The notes under the pieces are model-generated. The model was not told the DNA's origin. It saw only the letters and a list, made by a program, of their open reading frames with translations, and searched no databases. Of a DNA stretch of 64,000 nt, positions 17,769 through 28,597 are shown one piece after another (within the stretch, counting starts at the first letter, position 1; every line of letters begins with the position of its first letter). The stretch is from assembly GCA_017467105.1 (NCBI GenBank), contig JAFTSU010000014.1, positions 14,359 through 78,358 of the forward strand, given 5' to 3'. The translations under genes and the position numbers were made by a program. Source of the stretch: Clostridia bacterium (GTDB lineage: Bacteria; Bacillota; Clostridia; Oscillospirales; CAG-272).

Positions 17769-20699
17769 ATGCCGCAATTACCTATCAAAATCAGTCAGTT
17801 ATCAAAGGATTTTAACATAAAGACCAAGGACGTCGTAGATACCTGCAAGGAGCTTGGAATGGATAAAAAGACCGGCGGCTCTATGGAGGCTGACGAATTT
17901 GAGATCTTTATAAACCATCTTACAGTTACCCATCAGATCAAGGATATCGACGCTTACCGCGATGGCAGAAGCAAGATAACCTCATCTGCAAAGAAAGCAC
18001 CCGCAAAGGCAGCACCCGCAAAGGAAGAGAAGCCTGTTGCAAAGACGGAAGTAAAGCCTGCCGTAAAGGAGGAGGCTCCCAAGGTGGCAGAGCAGCCGAA
18101 GAGAGCGCCCGAGGCACCGAATCCGCAGACCAATCCTGCGAGAGTGCAGAGCGCAAGACCTGAAGCTCGTCCCGAGACTCAGAGACCTCAGCCGAAATTT
18201 GAGAATCAGAGATCTCAGCGCCCGTTCTTCGATGGCGAGAGAGGAAGATTCGACAAGGGTGATCAGTCTAAGTTCCAGAGAGGTGACAGACCAAAGGATC
18301 AGAGAAACGATACCTATAACAAGTACAAGAGTGCACCTCAGGAGAATCCCTTCGCCAAGAAGCTTGATAATATGAATAGACAAGCGCAGGGCTTCAGAAA
18401 TCCAAACTCTCAGTGGCAGAGGCTAGACGAACGTAAAAAGGCTCCGGAGGCAGAAAAGCGCACCCCCGTGTCAAATATTTCTCCCGTAACGCCCAAGCCT
18501 CAGGCCGAAGCGTCAGCTCTTCGTCCAGCTCAGCAGATGCAGCTTGAAAAGCAGCAGAAGCTTCAGCAGCAGAAGCCGCAGCCTGCTCCCGAGAAGACTC
18601 AGAAGAAGGAAGAAAAGCGTCCTCAGAAGCAGCAGTTCAAAACTATAACTCCCACCCTTGATAAATCGAACGTTAAGGGCGGCGTAAATATCAGCTCCGA
18701 TTATAATGTTCAGTCTAACGTTCCCAAGACACGCGTGGTTGATATGAGAACCTCGGACGTTGACCTTTCCAAGTACGACGACAGATACAACGATAAGTAC
18801 TACGCCGTTCTTAACGGTACTGATAACAACAGCTCAAAGCAGAAGCTGAAGAAGCAGGATAACAAGGGTCAGAATCAAAAGAGCGCAAAGGATAAGGAGC
18901 GCGCGGCTCAGGAAAGAATTAAGAAGATGGAGGCAGAGCGCGCCCGCAACAAGCAGCTTGAATTCACCGTTCCAGACGAGATCACCGTTGTGGAGTTTGC
19001 CTCAAGACTTAAGAAGTCCGCCGGCGAGGTCATCAAGAAGCTTATGTTTATGGGCGAGATGAAGGGCCTTAACGATACCATCGATTACGGAACGGCTGAG
19101 ATCATCGCTGACGAGTTTGGCGCCAAGGTTACCCGTGAGGTAGTAGTTACCATCGAGGAGCGTCTCTTCACCGAGGCAGAGGACAGCACGGAGGATCTTG
19201 TAGAGCGCGCGCCTGTCGTTTGTGTAATGGGTCACGTTGACCACGGTAAGACCTCTATTCTCGATGCTATCAGACACACCAATGTCACTCGCGGAGAGGC
19301 GGGCGGTATTACTCAGGCGATCGGCGCTTACAGAGTTAAGATCAACGATAAGGATATAACCTTCCTTGATACTCCCGGCCACGAGGCGTTTACCGCCATG
19401 CGTATGAGAGGTGCTAAGTCCACCGATATTGCCATTCTGGTCGTAGCGGCTGACGACGGCGTTATGCCTCAGACCGTAGAGGCAATCAATCACGCCAAGG
19501 CTGCCGGAATTGATATTATCGTAGCAATTAACAAAATGGATAAGCCCACCGCTAATCCCGATAACGTTCTCAACCAGCTCACACAGTACGAGCTTGTACC
19601 TGAGGCATGGGGCGGTGACGTTATCACGGTACCCGTTTCCGCTCACACGGGTATGGGTATAGACGATCTTCTGGAGAGCGTGCTTCTCGTTGCCGAGATG
19701 AAGGAGCTTAAGGCAAACCCAAAGAAGAGAGCAAAGGGTATAGTAATAGAATCCAAGCTTGACCGCGGACGCGGTCCCGTTGCTACCGTGCTCGTACAGA
19801 ACGGTACTCTCCATCAGGGTGACTACGTTATCGTAGGAAATGCTGTTGGACGTGTTCGCGCAATGGTTGACGATAAGGGCAAAAACGCAAAGGCTGCAGG
19901 TCCCTCCGTTCCCGTTGAGATCATAGGTCTTGACGACGTTCCGCAGGCAGGTGATGAGCTTAACGCTGTAGAGAACGAGAGAATGGCTAAGGACCTTGCT
20001 GAGCAGCGCCGTGATAAGCAGCGCCAGGAGATCCTTGCGGCAAATGCCAGAGTTAATCTTGACGAGCTGTTCGGTCAGATCGCCGCAGGCGTACAGACCC
20101 TTAATATTGTAGTAAAAGCAGACGTTGCCGGCTCTGTCGAGGCTGTGAAGGCATCCCTTCTCAAGCTTTCCAACGAGGAGGTAAAGGTTGCTGTTATTCA
20201 CTCAGCGGTCGGCGGTATTACGGAGAGCGACGTTATGCTTGCAACCGCATCTAACGCGGTAATAGTAGGCTTTAACGTCCGTCCCGACAAGAACGCGTTG
20301 GATAGCGCGGAGAGAAACGGGGTAGATATCCGTTGCCATCGTATTATTTATGAGATCATTGATGAGATCGAGGCTGCTATGAAGGGTATGCTTGCTCCTA
20401 CCTACAAGGAGGTGCTGCTCGGTCACGCAGAGGTCAGACAGACCATCAAGGTTCCGAACGTTGGTATTATCGCCGGATGCTATATCCAGGACGGTAAGAT
20501 TACGAGAAACGCGCAGATTCGTATCGTTCGTGACGGTATAGTTATCTTTGAGGATAAGATATCCTCTCTCCGTCGCTTCAAGGATGACGTCCGTGAGGTA
20601 GCAGAGGGATATGAGTGCGGTGTTGGTATAGAAAAGTTTAATGATATTCGAGAGGGCGACACTCTCGAGGCATTTATAATGGAAGAGGTTAAAAACTAA
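17769..20699 (+). CDS. infB: Translation initiation factor IF-2
   Basis: [20 protein letters not shown] and [12 protein letters not shown] motifs. Start taken at MPQLPIK; exact start uncertain. Confidence 0.97.
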   Translation: MPQLPIKISQLSKDFNIKTKDVVDTCKELGMDKKTGGSMEADEFEIFINHLTVTHQIKDIDAYRDGRSKITSSAKKAPAKAAPAKEEKPVAKTEVKPAVKEEAPKVAEQPKRAPEAPNPQTNPARVQSARPEARPETQRPQPKFENQRSQRPFFDGERGRFDKGDQSKFQRGDRPKDQRNDTYNKYKSAPQENPFAKKLDNMNRQAQGFRNPNSQWQRLDERKKAPEAEKRTPVSNISPVTPKPQAEASALRPAQQMQLEKQQKLQQQKPQPAPEKTQKKEEKRPQKQQFKTITPTLDKSNVKGGVNISSDYNVQSNVPKTRVVDMRTSDVDLSKYDDRYNDKYYAVLNGTDNNSSKQKLKKQDNKGQNQKSAKDKERAAQERIKKMEAERARNKQLEFTVPDEITVVEFASRLKKSAGEVIKKLMFMGEMKGLNDTIDYGTAEIIADEFGAKVTREVVVTIEERLFTEAEDSTEDLVERAPVVCVMGHVDHGKTSILDAIRHTNVTRGEAGGITQAIGAYRVKINDKDITFLDTPGHEAFTAMRMRGAKSTDIAILVVAADDGVMPQTVEAINHAKAAGIDIIVAINKMDKPTANPDNVLNQLTQYELVPEAWGGDVITVPVSAHTGMGIDDLLESVLLVAEMKELKANPKKRAKGIVIESKLDRGRGPVATVLVQNGTLHQGDYVIVGNAVGRVRAMVDDKGKNAKAAGPSVPVEIIGLDDVPQAGDELNAVENERMAKDLAEQRRDKQRQEILAANARVNLDELFGQIAAGVQTLNIVVKADVAGSVEAVKASLLKLSNEEVKVAVIHSAVGGITESDVMLATASNAVIVGFNVRPDKNALDSAERNGVDIRCHRIIYEIIDEIEAAMKGMLAPTYKEVLLGHAEVRQTIKVPNVGIIAGCYIQDGKITRNAQIRIVRDGIVIFEDKISSLRRFKDDVREVAEGYECGVGIEKFNDIREGDTLEAFIMEEVKN

Positions 20700-20720
20700 T
20701 TTCTTCTAACCATAGTTTAC

Positions 20721-20770
20721 AAAATCAAGGCTGAGCTGCAGAAAATAGCAGTTCAGCCTTGATGATTTTT
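20721..20770 (+). terminator. Terminator after infB
   Basis: ATCAAGGCTGAGCTGC...GCAGTTCAGCCTTGAT then a T-tract. Confidence 0.75.
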
Positions 20771-20994
20771 CCCTTGAGTAATGCATTTAAAATTGCAATA
20801 TAAGTCAAAGTGGACTGTTGCTTTTTCGGCGAAATTTTGAGTGCGAGCTCGTTTTTTGTGCGTCGATTGATCGATCGAAATCATGTTTTATAATCAAAAA
20901 CTTGACTTTATCGTATTTTTAATATATAATAAAATCATAAATTACTATAAATTGTACTATATGACTAAAACACTTCCTAAAAGGAGGAGAACAA

Positions 20995-23900
20995 ATGATC
21001 AAACAATTGAAAGCTTTTAGGCTTATCGTGCTTTGCCTTATCATTACTCTGTCCCTAAGCCTTGCATCCTGTGTAGTGACTCCCGGAGGCTCGGGCGGCT
21101 CAGGTGAATCGGGCGGCGAATCCGGCGGTGGCTCAGGTGAATCGGGCGGCGAATCCGGCGGCGGCTCAGGTGAATCGGGCGGCGAATCCGGCGGCAACTC
21201 AGGCGAATCCGGCGGCAACTCAGGCGAATCCGGTGGAGACGATAAGCCCGACGGCGTTACTATGCCCACTCTTGAGGGCCTGTTTGACGCTAACCACAGC
21301 ATACTTCTCGGAGATAGCCTCCATCTTTATCCCGGCAGACCGTTAACCGTATTCGTGATGTTTGACGGCTCCCATCCCGACTTCTGTCACGGCAAAGTGA
21401 GTGGAGACTCGCTTTCTGAGGATATTACGATTGGTGGAATAAAGGTTAACGGCTTTGAGCATGAGGGCAAGAGATATTTTGCCTATTCTATGGTTATTCC
21501 CGATCTGGAGACGGAGGGAGATTATACTTTGACTCTGTCCTGGGGTCTCGGTGAGGAGCGCGCGGAGCACGTATACTCCATCAGGGTTGATGACGTGCTT
21601 GACAATCCCAGCGGTGTTGCAGGATATTTCCTTGATGCCAAGGGTGACCTCGACCCCGGCTTTATCAGCAATAATATCAGAATAACTCACGGTGTCGGAG
21701 CGATTATTTATCTGCGTTTCAGCGCACCCGTGTCAAATCTTAACCTTTTCATATTTGATCTCAACATAAATACAGCTCCGACCTACAGCTATAGCGACGG
21801 TAATGCCGTATACGTTTTTGAGATCGATACCCTTTTTGCCGACTATGGCAGGGAATACTCGGTTTATATAAGCCACGGCTCGTCCGGAATGGACCAGACA
21901 AATATAAATATTAATGCGATCGTCGGTCAAGGCAGTGACGATGGCGGCGACGAGGAAATTCACAGTTTCCTTGGAGTTTCTGCAAACGATATCGAGCCTC
22001 TTGGAGATCGCTTAGCTCTTGAGGGTGTGCAGGACGAGACTATCTACTTCTTCTTTGATAAGGAGGTATATCCCTTAGGCCTCATTACCGATTGGGGCGA
22101 GATGACCGATTTTAATTCTTACCAATGTGGAAGCTACTACGTTGTAGGAGCAAAATATCCCGCTGCCGAGGTAGGTGACTATAAGGCGTCTCTCAGATAC
22201 TACTTCAACGGCGTGGAGTATTACGCGCACTGCGGTGTAAGCATATCTGTTGGATCCGCTCCTAAGGAAATCTCCTTCCTTGGCGTATGCCTGCAGGGCG
22301 AATATTCTTTAAGACGTGAGATCACCGTAACCGAGGGAGAGAACACCATTTTCGTCGTTTACTTCTCCGGAAGCGTTGAGGACGTGAGCGTTTACTTTAT
22401 GCAGAACGACGGCTGGGGCGGTCACGCAGGCAGCAGCATTGACTATGATGGAAGACACTATCATCTGATATCTGTGCCTGAGGTGCTGGCGGGCAGCGAT
22501 TCCGTAAGGGTATCCTATACCGTAAACGGCGAGGCGCGTGAGGATTTCTTCACGGTTACGATAAACCCGTCGGATAACTTAGGCAGCGATTTCGTGGGCG
22601 CTAAGGCACACTATGACGGCACGTTCGAAAAGAACGTTACAGTTTATGCCGGAACGGAATTCACTCTGTACGTAGCATTCAAAAACGAGCACGAGAACAT
22701 CTCTCTTATGCTGGGTCAGTATGAGACTGCGTTTGAACCCTATGACTTCTCCTACACCGCTGAAGGTTGGATATTTAAGTTCAAGACCTATCCTCTTTTC
22801 GAGGGCAGCGATACCTGCACAGTTATTGATAAGTTTGGAAGAACCATTGCTGAGTTCGGCATAGAGGCTAAGAGCAGTGATACGAGCGAGGCAACCCTGC
22901 TTGGCGTTATGACCGAAGAAATGACCGGACCGATGCCTTATCTTGAAATTATGACCGGAGTTGAACAGCAGCAGGTCTTCGTTATCTTCAGCAAGGACGT
23001 AGACGGCTTAGAGATTTATTTGAGCGGCGGAAAGCTTGATATATTCGCTTCTGGTTCATCACCTATCGGTCATTACTACGGAGTGATCCTGCCTACCCTG
23101 TATTCCGAGGGAGACTACGGTCTGGCTGTCAACTACGTTGACGTAACGGGAGAGGTGGTCAGAGAGGGAATAAGCATTATTGCCACAAGCGGTAAGGAAG
23201 AGCCTGAGCCCGAGTCGGATCCCGTATACCTCGGCGTAATGCTCTCCGAAACCGGAAACCCCTCCGATTCCGTGACCGTGGATTACGGAGTTCCGTCAAT
23301 TATATATCTTGTTTTCGATAAATACGCAGAGATAGAAGGCAGCATAAGCGTCTCCGACGACGGCTCGAACGACTATCTTGGCGAGGGACACTACGTTTCC
23401 GATTACTATTACGTAATACCGTTGTATATCGGTCCTATCACCGCAGGTCTGCACCGTGACGTAAACTTCTCCTATTTTACAAGCGCAGGTAACGGTTACG
23501 GATACTTTGCGGTAATGTTAAACCGCCCTTACGTTGAGCCCATTACGTACGTAGGCGTTTCGGTGGACGGTGCTGATCCTGTTAATTCCGATTTTCTGAC
23601 CGTTACACCGGGTGAGCACAGCTTCCGCTTTATTTATACCGGCGATAGCTCGAACGTTACCTACGTTGGAGGTATTGGAGGCCTGGATCTCTCGTATTAT
23701 ATCACCGAGTCGGACGGAGGATTTGCAGTTGAATGCTCCTACTACTTCGATATGACTATGGAGTACGAAATCTCATATCAGGTGTATGCTACGTACTTCG
23801 ACGGTGAGATCACGGAGACTAACACCTTATTCGTTGGCGTTAAGCTTGAGTCTGAGCCCGAAATGGTGGGAGCCAGATTCAAAGAGGGTGAGGACTTCTC

Positions 23901-24822
23901 TTACGAGCTTGAAATTCTAAATACTACAGACACACTTCCTCTTATGATAGGGTTTACCGCTCCCGTTTTCGTCACCGACGTGATGATAGGCAACTATCAT
24001 TTCTCTCCTACAGTGGAGGCTGTAGGCGTCGCTGAGGGGCTATACGTGTGCGAGATTCCCGTTGAGATCTACTGTATAGGTCTTGATAACTGCGAGGCAA
24101 AAATAGAGTACACCTACTACGGTCAGGTGTTCTACGGTTCATTTGCCGTGAACGTGGTCAGGAGAGATATGACTGCTCTCTACGATGCTGACGGAAATGA
24201 TCTGTTGAAATCGGACGGGGATATGACCCTCTGGATAGGCTACAAGGAGTCTATCGATCTTATATGCGTATATAACTTTGAGCCTCAGCGCGTTGAGGTT
24301 ATGCACGATTTTGGTGCATTCATCCTTGAGTGCGAGGGCTACAGCGATAACTATGGCGGATACGTGGTAAGAATTCACGTTGAATACTACGAGATAGGAA
24401 CAGAGGGACCAACGGCGCTGAAGTACAACATAATCTCCTACGATAGCATGGGAGAGATACAAGATTCTCCAAGCAAGCTCGTGATAGTCAATCTTACAGA
24501 GGGTCCTCTTACGGCTTTCGGCATCAATACCGACGGCGTTACTACGGGAAACGGCTCTCTTAATTTCGCTCCCGGCGATATGACTCCCGTGTTCATTATG
24601 ATTAATAAGATGACCGACTCCGTATTCTTTAATCTTTGGTCTGACGGAGTGCAGAACTGTATCGTTAAGCCTACGGAAATAAATTACGTTTCAGATGGAC
24701 TGTACGCCGCTAGAATAGATTTCCCAAGCTATGAGGAAGGCGCGAATTACAAGATCTGCGTTATGGAGGGAGATGAAACGCTGTACGGCATAGTTTACTC
24801 CGTAACCTATTACTCGAATTAA
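20995..24822 (+). CDS. Large acidic surface lipoprotein with tandem beta-rich (Ig-like) modules
   Basis: AGGAGG RBS; basic/hydrophobic signal peptide with lipobox LASC; Gly/Ser/Glu linker; recurring [FYL][LV]G[VA] module starts about every 100 aa. Confidence 0.8.
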   Translation: MIKQLKAFRLIVLCLIITLSLSLASCVVTPGGSGGSGESGGESGGGSGESGGESGGGSGESGGESGGNSGESGGNSGESGGDDKPDGVTMPTLEGLFDANHSILLGDSLHLYPGRPLTVFVMFDGSHPDFCHGKVSGDSLSEDITIGGIKVNGFEHEGKRYFAYSMVIPDLETEGDYTLTLSWGLGEERAEHVYSIRVDDVLDNPSGVAGYFLDAKGDLDPGFISNNIRITHGVGAIIYLRFSAPVSNLNLFIFDLNINTAPTYSYSDGNAVYVFEIDTLFADYGREYSVYISHGSSGMDQTNININAIVGQGSDDGGDEEIHSFLGVSANDIEPLGDRLALEGVQDETIYFFFDKEVYPLGLITDWGEMTDFNSYQCGSYYVVGAKYPAAEVGDYKASLRYYFNGVEYYAHCGVSISVGSAPKEISFLGVCLQGEYSLRREITVTEGENTIFVVYFSGSVEDVSVYFMQNDGWGGHAGSSIDYDGRHYHLISVPEVLAGSDSVRVSYTVNGEAREDFFTVTINPSDNLGSDFVGAKAHYDGTFEKNVTVYAGTEFTLYVAFKNEHENISLMLGQYETAFEPYDFSYTAEGWIFKFKTYPLFEGSDTCTVIDKFGRTIAEFGIEAKSSDTSEATLLGVMTEEMTGPMPYLEIMTGVEQQQVFVIFSKDVDGLEIYLSGGKLDIFASGSSPIGHYYGVILPTLYSEGDYGLAVNYVDVTGEVVREGISIIATSGKEEPEPESDPVYLGVMLSETGNPSDSVTVDYGVPSIIYLVFDKYAEIEGSISVSDDGSNDYLGEGHYVSDYYYVIPLYIGPITAGLHRDVNFSYFTSAGNGYGYFAVMLNRPYVEPITYVGVSVDGADPVNSDFLTVTPGEHSFRFIYTGDSSNVTYVGGIGGLDLSYYITESDGGFAVECSYYFDMTMEYEISYQVYATYFDGEITETNTLFVGVKLESEPEMVGARFKEGEDFSYELEILNTTDTLPLMIGFTAPVFVTDVMIGNYHFSPTVEAVGVAEGLYVCEIPVEIYCIGLDNCEAKIEYTYYGQVFYGSFAVNVVRRDMTALYDADGNDLLKSDGDMTLWIGYKESIDLICVYNFEPQRVEVMHDFGAFILECEGYSDNYGGYVVRIHVEYYEIGTEGPTALKYNIISYDSMGEIQDSPSKLVIVNLTEGPLTAFGINTDGVTTGNGSLNFAPGDMTPVFIMINKMTDSVFFNLWSDGVQNCIVKPTEINYVSDGLYAARIDFPSYEEGANYKICVMEGDETLYGIVYSVTYYSN
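21085..21240 (+). repeat. Coding tandem repeat (33-bp and 21-bp units; GSGESGGESGG linker)
   Basis: GGCTCAGGTGAATCGGGCGGCGAATCCGGCGG(T/C) x3, then AACTCAGGCGAATCCGG(C/T)GG x2. Confidence 0.9.
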
Positions 24823-24844
24823 AGTGAATAGATAGGAAACGAAA

Positions 24845-26011
24845 ATGCTGATAATCAAAAACGGAAATATCAAGACTATGGCAGGCGCGGAATACGAGCG
24901 CGGCTATGTAGTAATAGATGATAACGGCAAAATTTCTATGGTTGGAGAGGGAGATTGCCCCGTCACTTGCGATACCGAGATAGACGCTGAGGGCAGACTC
25001 GTCACTCCCGGTCTCGTTGAGGCGCATTGCCATCTTGGCACGGGCGGCGGAGTAGGCTCCAGCTTCAACGAGTCTACCGATCCCTTTACACCTCATATGA
25101 GAGCCGTCGATCTTCTGACCCCTTATTCAGATGATCTGAAGGATGCGGTTGAGGGAGGCGTTACCACGGTTTGCACAGGTCCCGGCAGCTCCAATATCAT
25201 CGGCGGAACCTTCGTTGCCATCAAAACCGCAGGAACGCGTATTAAGGATATGATCGTCAAATATCCTCTGGCTATGAAATGCGCCTTTGGCGAGAATCCC
25301 TGCAACGATTACGGCAAGGCAAAGGAGCGAGCTCCCAGAACCCGTATGGCTCTGGCGGCAATGATGAGGGAATTCCTCTATAAGGCAAAGAAATATTATC
25401 TGAACACCACCCTTGGCAAGGAGCAGGATTTTGATGTGAAGTACGACGCCATGCTCCCCGTTTTCCGCGGTGAGATCCCCATGAAGGTACACGTCCACGC
25501 AGCACACGACATCCATACCGTGTTGAGTATTGCGGAGGAATTTCAGCTTAAGATGACCATCGATCACTGCACCGACGGCGCTCTGGTAAAGGAGGATCTG
25601 GTTGCCGCCGGCTTCCCCTGCTTTATCGGTCCTTCCTTTGGCGGCAAGACCAAAAAGGAGCTGGATAACAAGGGCTTCGCTACCGCAGGCGAGCTGTACC
25701 GCGCAGGAGTTCCCATCAGCATTATCACCGACGCCGAGATCACTCCCATCGAGCATCTGCCTCTGTTTGCGGGCATGTGTGTCAGCCGTGGCTTGCCCAT
25801 GGAGGAGGGCTGGCGTGCAATCACCGTAAACCCCGCAAATCAGACGGGAATCGGAGACCGCGTTGGATCTCTTGAGGTCGGCAAGGATGGCGACGTGGTC
25901 GTATGGACGGAGAATCCCCTTCGCTACGTAGGCGCTCATCCGGTATACACCATAATAAGCGGTAAGATAGTATATTCCGACTCCGACGATACGAACGTAA
26001 TACCAAAATAA
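24845..26011 (+). CDS. Amidohydrolase family metalloenzyme
   Basis: PGLVEAHCH, KCAFGENP, VHVH, IDHCT, ITDA and GSLEVGKDGD motifs. Confidence 0.88.
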   Translation: MLIIKNGNIKTMAGAEYERGYVVIDDNGKISMVGEGDCPVTCDTEIDAEGRLVTPGLVEAHCHLGTGGGVGSSFNESTDPFTPHMRAVDLLTPYSDDLKDAVEGGVTTVCTGPGSSNIIGGTFVAIKTAGTRIKDMIVKYPLAMKCAFGENPCNDYGKAKERAPRTRMALAAMMREFLYKAKKYYLNTTLGKEQDFDVKYDAMLPVFRGEIPMKVHVHAAHDIHTVLSIAEEFQLKMTIDHCTDGALVKEDLVAAGFPCFIGPSFGGKTKKELDNKGFATAGELYRAGVPISIITDAEITPIEHLPLFAGMCVSRGLPMEEGWRAITVNPANQTGIGDRVGSLEVGKDGDVVVWTENPLRYVGAHPVYTIISGKIVYSDSDDTNVIPK

Positions 26012-26012
26012 C

Positions 26013-26054
26013 AAAAAAGGAAGATGGCGCGTTTGAACGCCATCTTCCTTTTTT
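26013..26054. terminator. Bidirectional terminator
   Basis: AAAAAAGGAAGATGGCG-CGTTTGAA-CGCCATCTTCCTTTTTT. Confidence 0.85.
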
Positions 26055-26171
26055 AAATCTCAAATCCTAGAAACAAGCGACCCGTGTTGAGTTTTTTTGC
26101 TTGATTTACTCATAAATACCGCCGGAAATATGGTTTTATGTACGGCAAATCCACATTTTATAAGGTCGTCA

Positions 26172-26945
26172 TTATCTGAGCTTTCTGCAATATTGGGTGC
26201 ACAGCTTATCCGTGCAATTGGAGCATTTTAACGCCTCGTTGGACTTGTCCCAGAATCTCTCGGGATAGAGCATAAAGCAGGATTCCCATACGACGAAGAT
26301 GATGAACGCCAACAGAACCAGCACGGTAGAGTAAAGGCTTCCTATAAACATCATAGGCGTAAACATCATCATATGGTCCCAGTTATATATGCGGCAGGTA
26401 GTACAGCATCTTGAGCCGATCATAAGCCTGAAGGGACACCATATAAGCACGCAAATCAGATCACATACGTAGAAAACAACCGATATCATGAACAGCCAGG
26501 AGTTATTTATAACACGTGCGAAATACAGCACGCCGATCACGGTGAGCAGTATTGACCACAGTATCAGTACCTTGTACGCCGCCTTGGTGGTTGAGGTCAC
26601 GTAATCCTTAAGCGCCTTGTAATTGATCTTCTCCTTTATTTCCATAAACCGTATCTTCAGGTGCTTCTGAGAGCCCAAAGGAACGATATTCCGAACGGGC
26701 AGAAGCTGGAAGAGCATATCTATTATCCATATTCCGAAGAGAACGTGCAGAAGGGAGAAACGGTCAAAGAATCCGCCTTTGGAGATGATGACGAATTCCT
26801 CCGGTCTTGCGAAGAAGAGCCACACGCAGAAGCTTAGCGCAAAGCATCTGAAAACAAGCTTCAGTATGTATCTTTTTCGTGTACGAGATATCTGCGGCTT
26901 CTCCAGCTCGCAGTCTCTGTCGCGATTGTTTTGTTCAGTTATCAT
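26172..26945 (-). CDS. Cys-rich integral membrane hypothetical protein
   Basis: About 5-6 hydrophobic helices; CDLICVLIWCPF, RCCTTCRIYNWDH and CSNCTDKLCTQYC; GAGGT RBS. Confidence 0.75.
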   Translation of the reverse strand: MITEQNNRDRDCELEKPQISRTRKRYILKLVFRCFALSFCVWLFFARPEEFVIISKGGFFDRFSLLHVLFGIWIIDMLFQLLPVRNIVPLGSQKHLKIRFMEIKEKINYKALKDYVTSTTKAAYKVLILWSILLTVIGVLYFARVINNSWLFMISVVFYVCDLICVLIWCPFRLMIGSRCCTTCRIYNWDHMMMFTPMMFIGSLYSTVLVLLAFIIFVVWESCFMLYPERFWDKSNEALKCSNCTDKLCTQYCRKLR

Positions 26946-27168
26946 CAGATTACCTCTGTGTGTTTTTAGAAGATTTTATCATATATTGTGGTTTTTTTCA
27001 AGTACAAATTGCAAAAGACCTGTGAAAAAAATAAAAATTTAAGCAGCCACCTCTTATATTTGCGCCCGATATTGATTTTTTTATTAATATGTGTTATAAT
27101 TGGAATGTTAAAGAAGAACGGAACGGTCCCGCGTTTTCATAGCGGCAGTTCTTATTTAGGAGATGGAA

Positions 27169-28548
27169 ATGAAATACGATTGTGTGATAGTCGGCGCAGG
27201 TCCCGGAGGTATCTTTTCTGCATATGAGCTGGCTATAAAGGCGCCGGAGCTTAAAGTTGCGGTATTCGAGCTTGGTACTGAGCTATCGGGAAGGCACTGT
27301 CCCATAGACGGTGATAAGATCAAGTCCTGCATAGGCTGTAAGACCTGTGCTATAATGAACGGCTTCGGAGGTGCGGGAGCTTTCTCTGACGGAAAGTACA
27401 ATATTACCAATGATTTCGGCGGCTCACTCTATGAGTATATAGGCAGAGGACGCGCTATAGAGCTTATGGAGTACGTTGACAGCATAAATATGAAATACGG
27501 CGGAGCCGGAACGAAAATGTACTCAACCGCGGGGAATGCCTTCAAGACTAAGTGCATACAGAATAAGCTTACGCTTCTTGATGCCTCCGTTAGACATCTC
27601 GGCACGGATATCAACTACGTGGTGCTGGAGAATCTTTATGCATTCCTTGAGGACAAGGTTGACTTTTACTTCAATACTCCGGTAGAAAAAATCGCGAAAA
27701 GTGAACACGGGTACATCCTTACCACGAAAAAAGGCGACTTTACAGGGGATAAGTGCATCATATCCGTAGGCAGAAGCGGCAGTAAGTGGATGGAGAGCGT
27801 GTGTGCGTCTCTCGGCATACCCACGAATTCCAGCCGAGTTGATATCGGAGTAAGAGTAGAGATACCCGCAGTAATTTTTGAGCACATTACAAGCGAGCTT
27901 TATGAGGGTAAGATCGTTTACAGAACGGAGAAGTTTGAGGACAGAGTCAGAACCTTCTGTATGAATCCCAACGGAATAGTGGTTAACGAGAATACCAACG
28001 GCATCGTTACGGTAAACGGTCACAGCTTCGAGGATCCGGAGCGCAAGACCGAAAATACTAATTTTGCCCTTCTGGTTGCAAAGCATTTTTCTGAGCCCTT
28101 TAAGGATTCCAACGGCTACGGCGAGAATATTGCCAGACTTTCCAATATGCTTGGCGGAGGAGTCATAGTACAGCGATTCGGAGATCTGGAGAGAGGCAGA
28201 CGCAGCACCAAGCAGCGTATAGAGGAGAACACCGTTAGACCCACGCTCTCCGCTACACCCGGAGATCTGTCGCTAGTACTTCCCAAGCGTATCTTGGACG
28301 GAATCATCGAGATGATATACGCTCTTGACAATATAGCGCCCGGTATGGCAAACGACGATACCTTGCTCTACGGAGTGGAGGTCAAGTTCTATAATATGGA
28401 GGTGGAGCTTGATCACAATCTCGAGACCTGCCACAAGGGACTTTACGTTATAGGCGACGGCAGCGGAGTGACCCATTCGTTGTCTCACGCATCAGCCAGC
28501 GGAGTATACGTCGCGGACCTTATAGCGAGCGATATTAATAAGGCGTAA
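27169..28548 (+). CDS. NAD(P)/FAD-dependent oxidoreductase
   Basis: VGAGPGG dinucleotide-binding motif, CP...CIGCKTC, GGAGAFSDGK, RTFCMNP and IGDGSGVT. Confidence 0.88.
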   Translation: MKYDCVIVGAGPGGIFSAYELAIKAPELKVAVFELGTELSGRHCPIDGDKIKSCIGCKTCAIMNGFGGAGAFSDGKYNITNDFGGSLYEYIGRGRAIELMEYVDSINMKYGGAGTKMYSTAGNAFKTKCIQNKLTLLDASVRHLGTDINYVVLENLYAFLEDKVDFYFNTPVEKIAKSEHGYILTTKKGDFTGDKCIISVGRSGSKWMESVCASLGIPTNSSRVDIGVRVEIPAVIFEHITSELYEGKIVYRTEKFEDRVRTFCMNPNGIVVNENTNGIVTVNGHSFEDPERKTENTNFALLVAKHFSEPFKDSNGYGENIARLSNMLGGGVIVQRFGDLERGRRSTKQRIEENTVRPTLSATPGDLSLVLPKRILDGIIEMIYALDNIAPGMANDDTLLYGVEVKFYNMEVELDHNLETCHKGLYVIGDGSGVTHSLSHASASGVYVADLIASDINKA

Positions 28549-28597
28549 TTTTGATGCGTGTTTTTCGAAATATTTTAAATTTGAGAGGATATAGAAA

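Noticed and set aside
20699-20995. Absence of rbfA after infB
   Set aside because: A terminator follows infB and no rbfA remnant is visible; relocation elsewhere is common and cannot be tested within this window.
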